From the human T2T-CHM13v2.0 reference genome, Homo sapiens, in the NCBI RefSeq assembly GCF_009914755.1, contig NC_060940.1: a stretch of DNA of 64,000 nucleotides; one strand, written 5' to 3'. The notes under the pieces are model-generated. The model searched no databases and was not told the DNA's origin. It saw nothing but the letters and a program-made list of their open reading frames with translations. Both the position numbers and the translations under genes were made by a program. This document shows, piece after piece, positions 1 to 24,356 of this stretch; position 1 is the first letter of the stretch; every line of letters begins with the position of its first letter.

Positions 1-37
1 GTCCATGAACTGGGCCATCGTGGCCGACATTCTGCTG
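1..37 (+). CDS. SPNS1: SPNS1 internal coding exon, 3' part only (…SMNWAIVADILL)
   Basis: Translates as SMNWAIVADILL, a spinster-family MFS transporter helix, followed by a GTGAGT donor at 38. Confidence 0.93.
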
Positions 38-306
38 GTGAGTTGCTGGGCAGCTCCAGGGTCAGCGCAGAGGCTGATGAGAGCAGAGTTGGGGTCAGGA
101 GTGTTGCCTCTACCCCTCAAAGCCCAGCCTCAACCTACCTTCTGCAATAAATAACATCTGTAGCAGACCCCCGGCCTGCCCTGCGACCTCAACCCCAGGC
201 ACACCTCTGACCCCGGCCTAGGCGGATCCTTGGTGGTCTCCTGGCCCCCTGCCTCCTGCCCCCTGGAGCCCAGAGCATCCACTGAGCTCCACCAACTCCT
301 CCACAG

Positions 307-405
307 TACGTGGTGATCCCTACCCGACGCTCCACCGCCGAGGCCTTCCAGATCGTGCTGTCCCACCTGCTGGGTGATGCTGGGAGCCCCTACCTCATTG
401 GCCTG
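307..405 (+). CDS. SPNS1: SPNS1 coding exon ([33 protein letters not shown]), 99 nt, phase 0/0
   Basis: ccacAG acceptor at 305-306 and GTGAG donor at 406. Contains the conserved spinster motif [12 protein letters not shown]. Confidence 0.95.
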
Positions 406-624
406 GTGAGCATTATTTCTTGGCTGGCATGGGGTGGCTGGTGTCCTGAGCCTGGGCTGGATCAGAAGGCCTGGCCCTAGTGAAGTGTCTGTGTCCTGCG
501 TGCTGGGCACTTCTCACCTTCCATTGTCAACTGGAGGAGAAAGATTTTGTCTTTGAATATTTCTACCAGTAAGGCCAGGGACCTCACCCTGGTGGTCCAA
601 ACTCCTCCTTTCTTTTCTCTTTTC

Positions 625-1078
<454 letters not shown>

Positions 1079-1319
1079 TAGGAGCTGTGCCCGGCCCAGC
1101 TTCTTGATCTGCCTGTCTGTCTGTCCATCTGTCTGCCCACTCCTGTGCACCTGGCAGCTCAGTCCACAGCCCTCCCCTTGTTTGGCCTCCAGTCTGTCTG
1201 CATCCACCCCTGGGGTGGCTCTGTGGCTGCCCCATCCATTTCCCGCTGCCTGTTTGCCCTTCTCTGGCTTTGTCTGTCTGTCCATCCAGCTCACCCTGGC
1301 TCTGACCCTCCCCCCTCAG

Positions 1320-1414
1320 GCCTGCTGCACGAAGCAGGGTCCACAGACGACCGGATTGTGGTGCCCCAGCGGGGCCGCTCCACCCGCGTGCCCGTGGCCA
1401 GTGTGCTCATCTGA
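1320..1414 (+). CDS. SPNS1: SPNS1 terminal coding exon (GLLHEAGSTDDRIVVPQRGRSTRVPVASVLI*)
   Basis: ccctcAG acceptor at 1318-1319 and TGA at 1412-1414. Matches the recalled SPNS1 C-terminus. Confidence 0.95.
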
Positions 1415-1639
1415 GAGGCTGCCGCTCACCTACCTGCACATCTGCCACAGCTGGCCCTGGGCCCACCCCACGAAGGGCCTGGGCCTAACCCCTTGGCCTG
1501 GCCCAGCTTCCAGAGGGACCCTGGGCCGTGTGCCAGCTCCCAGACACTACCTGGGTAGCTCAGGGGAGGAGGTGGGGGTCCAGGAGGGGGATCCCTCTCC
1601 ACAGGGGCAGCCCCAAGGGCTCGGTGCTATTTGTAACGG

Positions 1640-1645
1640 AATAAA
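1640..1645 (+). terminator. SPNS1: SPNS1 polyadenylation signal AATAAA
   Basis: AATAAA ~225 nt after the stop, with an upstream TGTA motif and downstream GT/T-rich sequence. Confidence 0.8.
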
Positions 1646-1976
1646 ATTTGTAGCCAGACCCCAGGTGCCTGCTCTCGTCTTTCTCTGGGTGGCCTCTGAT
1701 CTTGCACCCCGTCTTCACCCCAGGGCTCCTGAAGACTGTGGGTCATTCCTCAGGGCTCTGGGTGAGTCTCTGCCCTTCTGGGCTGGGCGACTGAGATGGG
1801 GGACTGCTCTTCTCCGAGTGAGCTGGCTGAGTGTGACCGTGAGTCACGCCCCTGCTTCCCTGGAGCCTGTCCCTTGCCTCACAGGCCTGGCTGAGGTGGG
1901 GGTGGGCACTGCCCTTTGTACCCCAGAATTCCCACTGTCAGGGCCTCCCTGCTCGCTGCCTCCCCGGGTCCTGGAT

Positions 1977-2042
1977 ATGGAGGCCACGGCTGCCAGCTGG
2001 CAGGTGGCTGTCCCCGTCTTGGGGGGGGCCAGCAGACCCTTG
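1977..2042 (+). CDS. LAT: LAT upstream alternative first coding exon (MEATAASWQVAVPVLGGASRPL)
   Basis: ATG at 1977 and GTGAGT donor at 2043. Splices in frame to the AG at 2489-2490, giving a 36-aa N-terminal extension (269 aa total, matching a recalled long LAT isoform). Confidence 0.85.
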
Positions 2043-2089
2043 GTGAGTGCCTGGGGTGGCTCCCGGGCCTCCTCCTGCCCCCTCCCCAC

Positions 2090-2320
2090 TGGCGGGTGGG
2101 GTGGGAAGGGGGCGGGTGCAGCCGGCTGAGAGCTTGATGATTTCCTGCCCTCGCCCGGCGCTCACCACAGCTTCCTGCCGCAGGCGGGCGGGAGGGCGGG
2201 CACGGAGAGGCGGGCGCCGAGGAGGGGCAGGTAGGGCTGGGACGCAGGGGTAACTGGATCCCCCGACTTCAGCCCAGGCCCTGGTCTGACCACCCTGGGA
2301 GCAGGGACTTTCCACAGTCA
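2090..2320 (+). promoter_or_regulatory. LAT: LAT proximal TATA-less promoter: GC boxes, ETS sites, RUNX-ETS composite, kB site
   Basis: CpG/GC-rich stretch with several GGGCGG boxes, TTTCCTG (~2140), ACCACA-G-CTTCCTG (2164-2177) and GGGACTTTCC (2304-2313), just upstream of the main ATG. Confidence 0.7.
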
Positions 2321-2490
2321 GCTGGACGCACACTCAGCCCAGTAAAAGAGGGGACCCATCCCGGGAGCCCCGGGGAGGGCACAGCTGCCTCCTCCCGGGC
2401 TCCCCTGCCACCTGGTGCCTACCTGCCCCCTGCTCCCTGCCGGGTCCGGTCCTCACCCCATCTTCATCTGGCCTTGACTCTGCCCTTGAG

Positions 2491-2532
2491 GGGCCTAGGG
2501 GTGCAGCCAGCCTGCTCCGAGCTCCCCTGCAG
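2491..2532 (+). CDS. LAT: LAT long-isoform extension (GPRGAASLLRAPLQ), in frame with the main ATG
   Basis: AG at 2489-2490; 42 nt with no stop before ATG 2533. Confidence 0.8.
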
Positions 2533-7127
<4,595 letters not shown>

Positions 7128-7303
7128 GGGCCTGGTGAGAGGCCTGCCCTGTCCCCACCCTGCCCTGGGCCCACAGGCTCTACTCCTTCCCTCCAGGACC
7201 CCCTTGCCCAACCCTACCTCTGGCTTGTCCCTCTGTCTCTGGGTACCTGCTGAACCCCGTCAGCCTCCTGATCCGTATCCCTCCCTGCCCTGGTGTGTTT
7301 CAG

Positions 7304-7900
7304 TGGAGGCCGAGTCTGTCCTGGAACCAGGCTTGCCTGGGACGGCTGAGCTGGGCAGCTGGAAGTGGCTCTGGGGTCCTCACATGGCGTCCTGCCCTTG
7401 CTCCAGCCTGACAACAGCCTGAGAAATCCCCCCGTAACTTATTATCACTTTGGGGTTCGGCCTGTGTCCCCCGAACGCTCTGCACCTTCTGACGCAGCCT
7501 GAGAATGACCTGCCCTGGCCCCAGCCCTACTCTGTGTAATAGAATAAAGGCCTGCGTGTGTCTGTGTTGAGCGTGCGTCTGTGTGTGCCTGTGTGCGAGT
7601 CTGAGTCAGAGATTTGGAGATGTCTCTGTGTGTTTGTGTGTATCTGTGGGTCTCCATCCTCCATGGGGGCTCAGCCAGGTGCTGTGACACCCCCCTTCTG
7701 AATGAAGCCTTCTGACCTGGGCTGGCACTGCTGGGGGTGAGGACACATTGCCCCATGAGACAGTCCCAGAACACGGCAGCTGCTGGCTGTGACAATGGTT
7801 TCACCATCCTTAGACCAAGGGATGGGACCTGATGACCTGGGAGGACTCTCTTAGTTCTTACCTTTTGTGGTTCTCAATAAAACAGAACTTAAAAAATTGT
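7304..7900 (+). other. LAT: LAT non-coding terminal exon (3'UTR) with two AATAAA signals (7543-7548, 7876-7881)
   Basis: tttcAG acceptor at 7302-7303 pairs with the donor at 7135; two canonical poly(A) signals. Confidence 0.8.
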
Positions 7901-8059
7901 CTAAGTAACTGAAAAAGTTAATATGCAGCACAGCACTTTTGAGACTTTGATGGGTAGGTGACTCACCGGCAGACTTTGCTGTGGGGTGGGTTCTGACTCA
8001 GTTCGCCTAGGACGTGGCCTGAGACTTTGCATTTCTGAGCCTCTCCTGTGTGATTCTGA

Positions 8060-8673
<614 letters not shown>

Positions 8674-8729
8674 TAGCTGAGACTACAGACGCATGCCACC
8701 ATGCCCGGCTAATGTTTTATTTTTTGTAG

Positions 8730-8858
<129 letters not shown>

Positions 8859-8879
8859 TAAGGTGAATGATCGCATCTG

Positions 8880-9590
<711 letters not shown>

Positions 9591-9944
9591 TGAAAAGTTG
9601 GTGGTGGTTCTCTGTGGACTCCAAAAGTAATAACAGTGGCTCTGTTCAAGGTCAGCCAGGTGCAGTGGTGCATGCGTGTGATAGCGACTCCTCAGGGAGC
9701 GCCCATTGCATTGCCATGCTCATTACATGCAGTCATCATGACCCCTCTATTGTCAGTTACAGTTTAGTGTCCCCATTATGCAGGAGAGGAAACACAGGCT
9801 CAGAGAGGTGAAGTGACTTGCCCAAGGGCACACAGCTGAAGAGGTACACCTGGGATTAGATCTGTGGCTGTCGGTCCCATCGGGTCACTGCTGCTCTGAC
9901 TGGCAGCCTCCTCATTCTGATGATGATGATGATGATTTTCTTGA

Positions 9945-10337
<393 letters not shown>

Positions 10338-10340
10338 TGA

Positions 10341-10616
<276 letters not shown>

Positions 10617-10936
10617 TAAGCCACCATGCCCGTCCTCATTCTGATTATTGTATAAAGTGCTGACTGCCCTGAATGGGGAAGCTCAGAAGAGGCCCAGGTG
10701 GAGAAGATGGTGGGAGGGTCTGGGAAGGGGATTGGACAGTCGGGCCATCAACACGTGGAGTTAAATCCTTTTCTTTGGAAGAAATAGACATGAGCAGAGG
10801 CACCTTTGTGCCTGGGCTGATAGATGAAGAACAGTTGACCAACAAGGGCTATTAGTGTAACCAATCTAGCAACATCTGGTGAAGCTGAAGCCATGTGTCT
10901 CCCTTTACCTAACAAATTCCTGGGTATAAACCTTCA

Positions 10937-11431
<495 letters not shown>

Positions 11432-11452
11432 TCACCTGAGGTCAGGAGTTCA

Positions 11453-12105
<653 letters not shown>

Positions 12106-12108
12106 TCA

Positions 12109-12561
<453 letters not shown>

Positions 12562-12666
12562 TCACGCCTGTAATCCCAGCACTTTGGGAGGCCGAGGCGG
12601 GTTGTATATATATGTGTGTGTGTGTATATATGTATACACACACACACACAACCATGTACATGATTA

Positions 12667-13451
<785 letters not shown>

Positions 13452-13498
13452 TGATCCGCCGGCTTCAGCCTTCCAAAATGCTGGGATTACAGGCATAA

Positions 13499-14274
<776 letters not shown>

Positions 14275-14681
14275 TCACTAGCTGGTTTGTGCCAAGTGGA
14301 TACGTCGCATATGGCATTCCAGGCCTTAGGAAGTACATACGCAAAGGCCCTGTAGTATGTTTGAGGAATTGAGAGAAGTTCCCATGTTATGGGGTTCGAG
14401 AAAGCATGGAGAGGTGAGTGTGGATGAATACGGGACTGAGCAGGCCTAAAAACTTTATCCTGTGGCCAGGTGTGGAGGACAAGGTGGGAGGATGGCTTGA
14501 GGCTACAAGTTCCAGACCAGCCTGGGCAACATAGCAAGACCCTGTCTCTTTAAAAAATAAATTAAAAAATTAGGCCAGGCACAGTGACTCACACCTGTAA
14601 TCTCAGCACTTTGGGAGGCTGAGGCAGGGGGATCACCAGAGGTCAGGAGTTCAAGACCAGCCTGGCCTGTTGGCCGTCTGA

Positions 14682-15211
<530 letters not shown>

Positions 15212-15619
15212 TCATGCCCACTTAATTGTTTGTATTTTCTGTACAAACAGTTTTCTGTGACACCCCGTCTCTACTAAAAATACAAAAAGTAACCGGGCAT
15301 GGTTTCACGGGCCTGTAGTCCCAGCTACTTGGGAGGCTGAGGTAGGAGGATCGCTTGAAGGAGGCGGAGGAACCTGAGATTGCACCACTGCACTCCAGCC
15401 TGGGTGACACAGTGAGACTCAAAAAAAAAAAAATTAGTCCAGGCACTGGCTCGTGCCTGTAATCTCACCACTTTGGGAAACTGAGGCAGGAGGATCTCTT
15501 GAGCCTGAGAGTTGAAGGCTGCAGTGAGCTATGATTGTGCCATTGTACCCAAGCCTGGGTGAAAGAGTGACTCTGTCTCCAAAAAAAAAAACAAAAAACA
15601 AACTCTATCTCGAGACCCA

Positions 15620-16110
15620 TGAGCTGCCCTGGAGGCTTTGGAGCGAGGATAACATGAGATTTGGGTCTAGTAAATATCCCTGGCTTGGTTCATGTGGAGG
15701 ATGGATCGCAAGGGCGGTTAGTTAGACTACAGTCAGGGAGACTGGAATAATCCATGCTGGAATAATCTGAGTGAGACAAGGTGGTGGGCTGGCTAATGAA
15801 GGGGCAGGCGCCATGGCGAGGAGTGGTAGAATCAGAAGATGTTTGGGAGGCGGAGTCATGGGAGCATGGTGGCCTGTGCCACACGGGGAGGGCCCATGCG
15901 ACTCTAGTTGTTGCCTGGGTGGAGGGGTGTGGGGGTTTCTTCGAGGTGCTAAGCAGCTTCCCAACTGTGTTTCTTGGACCCAGCCAGGGGATGTGGCTTT
16001 CATCAGCCAATGAACCAGGCGGGACAAACAGAGCAGCCACTGCAATGAGATCTCCGGGACTGGGGCTGGGATTTCTTGGCTCATTGGGGTGGTCAGTGGG
16101 GAGACTCCCT
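15620..16110 (+). mobile_element. Degenerate L2 fragment
   Basis: Purine-rich L2-like motifs (ggaggctttg…, gagtgagacaaggtggtggg, gttgcctgggtgg). Confidence 0.5.
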
Positions 16111-16679
16111 ACAGATGGAAGCTGGAGAGCAGAAAGAGATCTCCCTTCCCTTTTCCTTTCCCTTTCTCCCTTTCTGCCTTTTTTCTCCCTTTCTTCTCTC
16201 TTTCTCCCTCCCTTCCTCCCTTCCTCCTTCCCTTCCTTCCTTCTTTCTTTTTTTTTTTTGAGACAGGGTCCCCCTCTGTCACCCAGGCTGGAGTGCAGTG
16301 GCAAGATCATAGCTTCCTGCAGCCTTGAACTCCTGAGCTCAAGTGATTTTCCCGCCTCAGCCTCCTGAGTAGCTGGGACTAGAGGCGAGCACCACCACAC
16401 TTGGATAATTTTAAATGTTTTTAATAGAGATGGGTGCTCACTATGTTGCACAGGCTGGTCTCGAATTCTTGGGCTAGGTGATCCTCTTGCCTCAGTTTCC
16501 CAAAGTGCTGGGATTACAGGTGTGAGCCATTGTGCGCAGCCCAGATATAGATTTTTCTTTAACTCTGGTGTTATATAGAAAATGTAGCTTTAGTGATGAG
16601 AGAGAAAGCGTTTTTCTGGAATTGCTTTGGGGAGACATCTGCATGCTGGTAAAAACTATTAGGCAGTAACAGCTATCTT

Positions 16680-17100
16680 GATTTTTCAGGCTCCCAGAAG
16701 CAGACCTTGAGATGAGGGTCCTAGTGCGAGTGGTTTATCTGGGAGGTGGTCCCAGAAAACACTGGTAGGGGATGGGGAACTGAAACAGGAAATAGAAGGG
16801 CATCAACAAAGAGTGCATTATGAAGCCAGATATTACCGTGGGCAACTAGAGCCCAGGGCTGCAGGGAACACCGGGGGCTGGTGTGGAGTCCTCCTGCTTG
16901 GAGGAGGGAGCTGGGGTATTTATACTTCCTTTCCCAGAAGTCACTAGTTGAGGGCTGCTCCTGGGGTTGGGTGGGGGTGTTAATTCTTCAAACTTCTGGC
17001 CTGCCACTCACATGGGCATAGTGGGCTCTAGTGGCCAGGGCAAGCTCTCAGGCAAAGGAAGGCAGAGGATGGCAGCTGGGGCTCTGACATGGTGAGGAGG
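16680..17100 (-). mobile_element. ERVL-class LTR remnant (LTR16/LTR33-like)
   Basis: ctcccagaagcagaccttgagatgagg…gtggtttatctgggaggtggtcccagaaaacac is typical of the reverse strand of this group. Confidence 0.55.
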
Positions 17101-17526
17101 GCAGCTGCCAACAAGGCGGCCACAGTGACTTCAATAGCTCTGGCTCACTGTGGTGTTGAGGGCAGTTTTTCCCAAAATGCATTGTGTGGCCCAGGAGTCC
17201 CGTGAGAAGCTTCTCAAGAAAGGCTTCAGGGTCAGAAGAGTTTGAGAAAAGCAGCATTATTTATTTATTTATTTTTAAATTTTTTATACAGATGGGGTCT
17301 TGCTATGTTGCCCAGGCTGGTCTTTAATGCCTGGGCTCAAGCAATCTTCCTGCCTCAGCCTCCCAAAGTGCTGGGATTACAGGTATGAGCCACTGCACCT
17401 GGGCATAATACTCCCTTGCAGAGTCAACAGCGTTGAGGAATCCTGTGATGTATGTCTTTATTTCTCTTTGCCTAATCTGGTATTTCTGATACCAAATTTA
17501 TCTGACTTCAGAATCTTTTTTTTTAA

Positions 17527-17724
<198 letters not shown>

Positions 17725-18231
17725 TAGTAGAGACAGGGTTTCACCATATTGGCCAGGCTGGTCTCGAACTCTTGAGCTCGTGATCCGCCCGCCTCGGCCT
17801 CCCAAAGTGCTGGGATTACAGGTGAGAGCCACCTCGCCTGGCCCACCAGGAGCCATTTCTCTTTGATGAAGCAATCAAAGGTCCCTCTCGGTGCCCAGAC
17901 CAATTTCAGCCAGATTTTCTGTCACTTGTGGAAAAATATTCCTAAATGATAACCATAGATACTCTTATTTCCACCACATTCCAACCACTATCAGGGCATC
18001 TTGGGCTGCTGATGTAATCCCTGGGAGCCCAGGGATTCTAATTAAAAAAAAATATTCAGGCCGGGCATGGTGGTTCATGCCTGTCATCTCAGCACTTTGG
18101 GAGGCCAAGGCGGGTGTATCATCTGAGGTCAGGAATTTGAGACCAGTCTGGCCAACATAGTGAAACCCCATCTCTACTAAAAATAAAAAAAATCAGCTGC
18201 ATGTGGCGGCAGGTGCCTGTAATCCCAGCTA

Positions 18232-18396
<165 letters not shown>

Positions 18397-18707
18397 TCAG
18401 TCCGGGCGTGGTGGCTCACACCTGTAATCCCAGCACTTTGGGAGGCCGAGGTGGGCAGATCAGCTGAGGTCAGGAGTTCAAGACAAGCCTGGCAGACATG
18501 ATAAGACCCCATCTCTACTAAAAATACAAAAATTAGCTGGGTGTGGTGGCGGACGCCTGTAATTCCAGCTACTCAGGAGGCTGAGGCAAGAGAATCCCCG
18601 AACCCGGGAGGTGGAGGTTGCAGTGAGCCGAGATCACGCCTCTGCATTCCAGCCTGGGTGACAGATTGAGGCTCTGTCTCAAAAATAAAATAAAATAAAT
18701 AAAATAA

Positions 18708-18869
<162 letters not shown>

Positions 18870-19868
18870 TAATTTTTAATTTTTTTTGTAGAGATGGGGA
18901 CTCACTATGTTGCCCAGGCTGGTCTCAAACTCCTGGCCTCAATCGAGCCTCCTGTCTTGGCTTCCCAAAGTGCTGGGATTACAGGCATGAGCTACCGTGC
19001 CCAGCCTCACACTTATTGTTTCATTGAGTCTCACAACACCCTTGTCTATAAGGTGTGAGGAGCCCCATTATGTGGAAAATGAAACAGGCTCAGAGAGATT
19101 AATTTTTTTTTTTTGAGACAGAGTCTCGCTCTGTTGCCCAGGCTGGAGTGCAGTGGCATGATCTCAGCTCACTGCAACCTCCGCCTCCCGGGTTCAAGCG
19201 AGTAGCTGGGACTACAAGTGTGCTCCACCACACCCAGCTAATTTTTTTGTATTTTTAGTAGAGACAGGGTTTCACCATGTTGGCCAGGCTGGTCTCGAAT
19301 TCCTGCCTCAGGTCATCCACCTGCCTTGGCCTCCCAAACTGCTGGGATTACAGGTGTGAGCTACTGTCCCCAGCCTCACACTCATTTCATTGAGTCTCCC
19401 AACATCCTTGTCTATAAGGTATGAGGAGCCCCATCATGTGGAAAATGATTCAGGCTTATAGAGGTTAAATTACTTGCTTAAGGTCACACAGCCAATTCCA
19501 AAGTTACTTATGGAAGTGTAGCCTACCTTGGTAGACGGAAGGAGGCTGTCTACTAGATAGAAGTTGGTGGAAAAGGAGAGAACGGAAGGCAAACCAAAAG
19601 AGAAATTCCAGGCAGAACAACTTCTGCTTTGCACTGGAACTTTTGCTAGAACTCTTGGGAATGAGTCTCTCTTTTTCTGCGGGGACCACTTAGCAGGGAG
19701 GACACGCCTGGAGCTGCCCGCCTGAGAGAGAAGGCCATGTGGAGTGGGCAGCATCAAGACGGGAAGAAAGCCACGGTCCTGAGAATGCAGATTTATTTAA
19801 TTTGTATAAGCAGAAAACTTCCAGATCGAGTCGACAAAAGACTAATTTGAATTATAAAAACAGAATCA

Positions 19869-20129
<261 letters not shown>

Positions 20130-20152
20130 TTATGGAGCGAGACTCAGTCTCA

Positions 20153-20183
<31 letters not shown>

Positions 20184-20529
20184 TCACGGCCCCTCAGTCA
20201 ATTTCCAGACTTGAGCCAGTTTACAGACCCAGAACCCCTTGAATGAGGGGAGGCCGTGTCCGCTTGAGGAAGGACCCCACTACACTACCGACAATTTATG
20301 CCATTTATCTTTCTCCCACCCTTCCGTAGAGAGACCTCTGAGCTCTTACCGGGATAACTGATCTTTCAGGGACTACTGGACACTGGCTCTGAGCTGATGT
20401 TGATTCCAGGGGTCCCTGAACATCACTGTGGACCTGCAGTTAAAGTAGGGGCTAATGGAGGTCAGGTAATTAATGGAGTTTTAGCTCAGGTCTGAATACA
20501 GTGGGTCCAGGGATCCCTGGACTCATCCT

Positions 20530-21192
20530 GTGGTCATTTTCCCAGTGCCAGAATGCATAATTTGCACAGACATTATACTTAGCATACTTGCCATACTTAG
20601 CAGCTGGCAGAATCACCACACTGGCTCTCTGACTGGTAAGGTAAGTACTATTATGGTGAGAAAGGCCAAAGGGAAGCCATTAGAGCTGCCTCTACCTAGA
20701 AAAACTGTAAATCAAAAACAATATCACATCCCTGGAGGGACTGCAGAGATTAGTGCCACCATCAAGGACTTGAAAGATGCAGGGGTGGTGATTCCCACCA
20801 CATCCCCGTTCAACTCTTCCATTTGGCCTGTGCAGAAGACAGATGGATCTTGGAGAATGACAGTGGATCATCGTAAGCTTAAGCAAGTGGTCACTCCAGT
20901 TGCAGCTGCTGTACCAGATGTGGTTTCACTGCTTGAGCAAATTAACACATCTCCTGGTACCTGGTATGCCGCCATTGATTTGGCAAATGCCTTTTTCCCC
21001 ATTCCTGTCCATAAGGCCCACCAGAAGCAATTTGCCTTCAGCTGGCAAGGCCAGCAATATACCTTTACTGTCATACATCAGGGGTTATCAACTCTCTGGC
21101 TTTGTGTCATAGTCTTATTTGGAGAGACCTTGATCGCTTTTCCCTTCCACATTATATCACACTGCTCCATTATATTGATGACATTACATTGA
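20530..21192 (+). pseudogene. HERV-L reverse transcriptase fragment (220-aa ORF, frameshifted before YxDD)
   Basis: ORF contains [22 protein letters not shown] and [11 protein letters not shown]; HYIDD lies in another frame. Confidence 0.9.
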
Positions 21193-22460
21193 TTGGATCT
21201 AGTGAGCAAGAAGTAGCAAACACACTGAATTTATTGGTGAGAATTTGTGTGCCAGGGGATGGAAAATAAATCTGACTAAAATTCACGGACCTTCTACCTC
21301 AGTAAAATGTCTAGGGGTTCAGTGGTGTGGGGCCTGTCGAGATATTCCTTCTAAGGTGAAGGATAAGTTGCTGCATTTGGCCCCTCCTACAATCAAGAAA
21401 GAGGCGCAATGCCTAGTTGGCCTATTTGGATTTTGGAGGCAACACATTCCTCATCTGGGTGCGTTACTCTGGCCCATTTATCAAGTGACTTGAAAGGCTG
21501 CCAGTTTTGAGTGAGGTCCAGAACAGGAGAAGGCTCTGCAACAGGTCCAGGTTGCTGTGCAAGCTGCTCTGCCACTTGGGCCATATGACCCAGCAGATCC
21601 AATGGTGCTTGAGGTGTCAGTGGCAGATAGGGATGCTGTTTGGATCCTTTGGCAGACCCCCATAGGTGAATCACAGCAGAGGCCTCTAGGATTTTGGAGC
21701 AAGGCCCCGCCATCTTCTGCAGATAACTACTCTCCTTTTGAGAGACAGCTCTTGGCCTGTTAAAGAGCTCTGGTGGAAACTGAATGTTTGACTATGGGTC
21801 ATCAATTCACTATGCAGCCTGAACCGCCTGTCATGAACTGGGTGTTTTCTGACTCATCTAGCCATAAAATGGGTCGTGCACAGCAGCATTGTATCATCAA
21901 ATGGAAGTGGGATTTACGTGATCGGGCTCAAGCAGGTCCTGAAGGCACAAGTAAGTTACATGGGGAAGTGGCTCAAATGCCCATGGTCTCCACTCTTGCC
22001 ACCCTGCCTTCCCTTCCCCAGCCTGCACTGATGGCCTCATGAGTTCCCTATGATCAGTTGACAGAGGAAGAGAAGACTAGGGCCTGGTTCACAGATGGTT
22101 CTGCATGATATGCAGGCACCACTCGAAAGTGGAGAGCTGCAACACTCTAGCCCCTTTCGAGGACATCCTTGGAGGACAGCGGTGAAGGGAAATCTTCCCA
22201 GTGGGCAGAACTTTGAGCAGTGCACGTGGTTGTGCACTTTTCATGGCAGGAGAAATGGCCAGATGTGTAATTATATACTGATTCATGGGCTGTAGCCAGT
22301 GGTTTGACTGGATGGTCAGGGACTTGGAAGAAGCATGATTAGAAAGTTGGTAATAAAGAAATTTGGGGAAGAGGTATGTGGATAGACCTCTCTGAGGGGT
22401 CAAAAACTGTGAAGATATTTGTAACCCTCCTGCTCAGCAGAGGAGGATTTTAATAATCAG

Positions 22461-23337
22461 GTGAATAGGATGACTTGTTCTGTGGATACCACTCAGCGTC
22501 TTTCCCAAGCCACCCCTGTCATCTCCCAACGGGCGCATAAACAAAATGACCATGGTGGCAGGGATGGAGGTTACGCATGGGCTCAGCAACATGGACTTCC
22601 ACTCCCCAAGACTGACCTGGCTACGGCCACTGCCCAGTGCCCAATTTGCCAGCAGCAGAGACCAACACTGAGCCCTTGATCGGCACCATTCCTTGGGGTG
22701 ACCAGTCAGCTACTTGGTGGCAGGTTGATTATATTGGGGTTCTTCCATCATGGAAAAGGCAGAGGTTTGTCTTCACTGGAATAGACACTTACTCTGGATA
22801 TTGGTTTGCCTGTCCTGCATGTGATGCTTCTGCTAAGACTACCATCTGTGGACTCATGGAATGCCTCATCCACCATCATGGTATTCCACACAGCATTGCC
22901 TCAGACCAAGGCACTCACTTTATGGCTAAAGAATTCCAGTGGTTAGCTCCTGCTCATGGAATTCACTGGTCTTACCATGTTCCCCATTATCCTGAAGTAG
23001 CTGGATTGATAGAACGGTGGAATGGCCTTTGAAGTCACAATTACAATGCCAACTAAGTGACAATACTTTGCAGGGCTGGGGCAAATTTCTCCAGAAGGCC
23101 ACATATGCTCTGAATCAGCATCCAATACATGGTACTCTTTCTCCCATCGCCAGGATTCACCAGTCCAGGAATCCAGGGGTGGAAGTGGAAGTGGCACCAC
23201 TCACCATCAACCCTAGTGATCCACGAGCAACATTTTTGCTTCCTGTTCCCACGACATTATGTTCTGCTGGCCTAGAGGTCTTAGTTCCAGAGGGAGGAAC
23301 ACTGCCACCAGGAGACACAACGATTCCATTAAACTGA
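22461..23337 (+). pseudogene. HERV-L integrase (HHCC plus DDE core) and start of dUTPase, split across frames
   Basis: ORFs 22461-22679, 22637-23032 and 23017-23337 carry consecutive integrase motifs. Confidence 0.9.
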
Positions 23338-23921
23338 AAGTTAAGATTGCCACCCGGACACTTCAGGCTTCTCCTACCTTTGAGTTAACATGCTAAGAAG
23401 AAGGGAGTTACAATGTTGGCTGGGGTGATTGACTGGACTATCAAGATGAAATCAGTCTACTACTCCACAATAGAGGTAAGGAAGAGTATGCATGGAATAC
23501 AGGAGATCCCGTAGGGCGTCTCTTAATAGTACCATGATCTGTGATTAAATTCAGTGGGAAACTACAATAGCCCAATTCAGGCAGGACTACAAATAGTCCA
23601 GACCCTTCAGGAATGAAGGTTTGGGTCACTCCACCAGGTAAAAAAAACCGCAACCTGCTGAGGTACTTGTGAAAGACAAAGGGAATACAGAATGGGTAGT
23701 AGAAGAAGGTAGTCATCAATACCAGCTATGACCACATGACCAGTTGCAGAAACGAGGACTGTAACTGTCATGAGTATTTCCTCGTTATTTTGTTGAGAAT
23801 ATGTTTGTGCATGTACACACTAAGAAAATATCTTCATTTTATTTCCTTTATCATGTGACATAAGATTTATTGACCTCATATCAGCATTTATGTGCTGTTA
23901 ACTTTACGTAATAGCATTTAG

Positions 23922-24297
<376 letters not shown>

Positions 24298-24356
24298 TGA
24301 AAATTATGTATGATTTCAGGAGATGTATATGGGTTCAAATTGACAAGGGGTGGACT

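Noticed and set aside
15690-16451. 253-aa and 195-aa ORFs
   Set aside because: They span an L2 remnant, a (CCTT)n tract and an Alu.
20530-23337. Possible functional or domesticated retroviral pol
   Set aside because: Multiple frameshifts and stops (e.g. YxDD out of frame, TGA at 21491); a decayed provirus.
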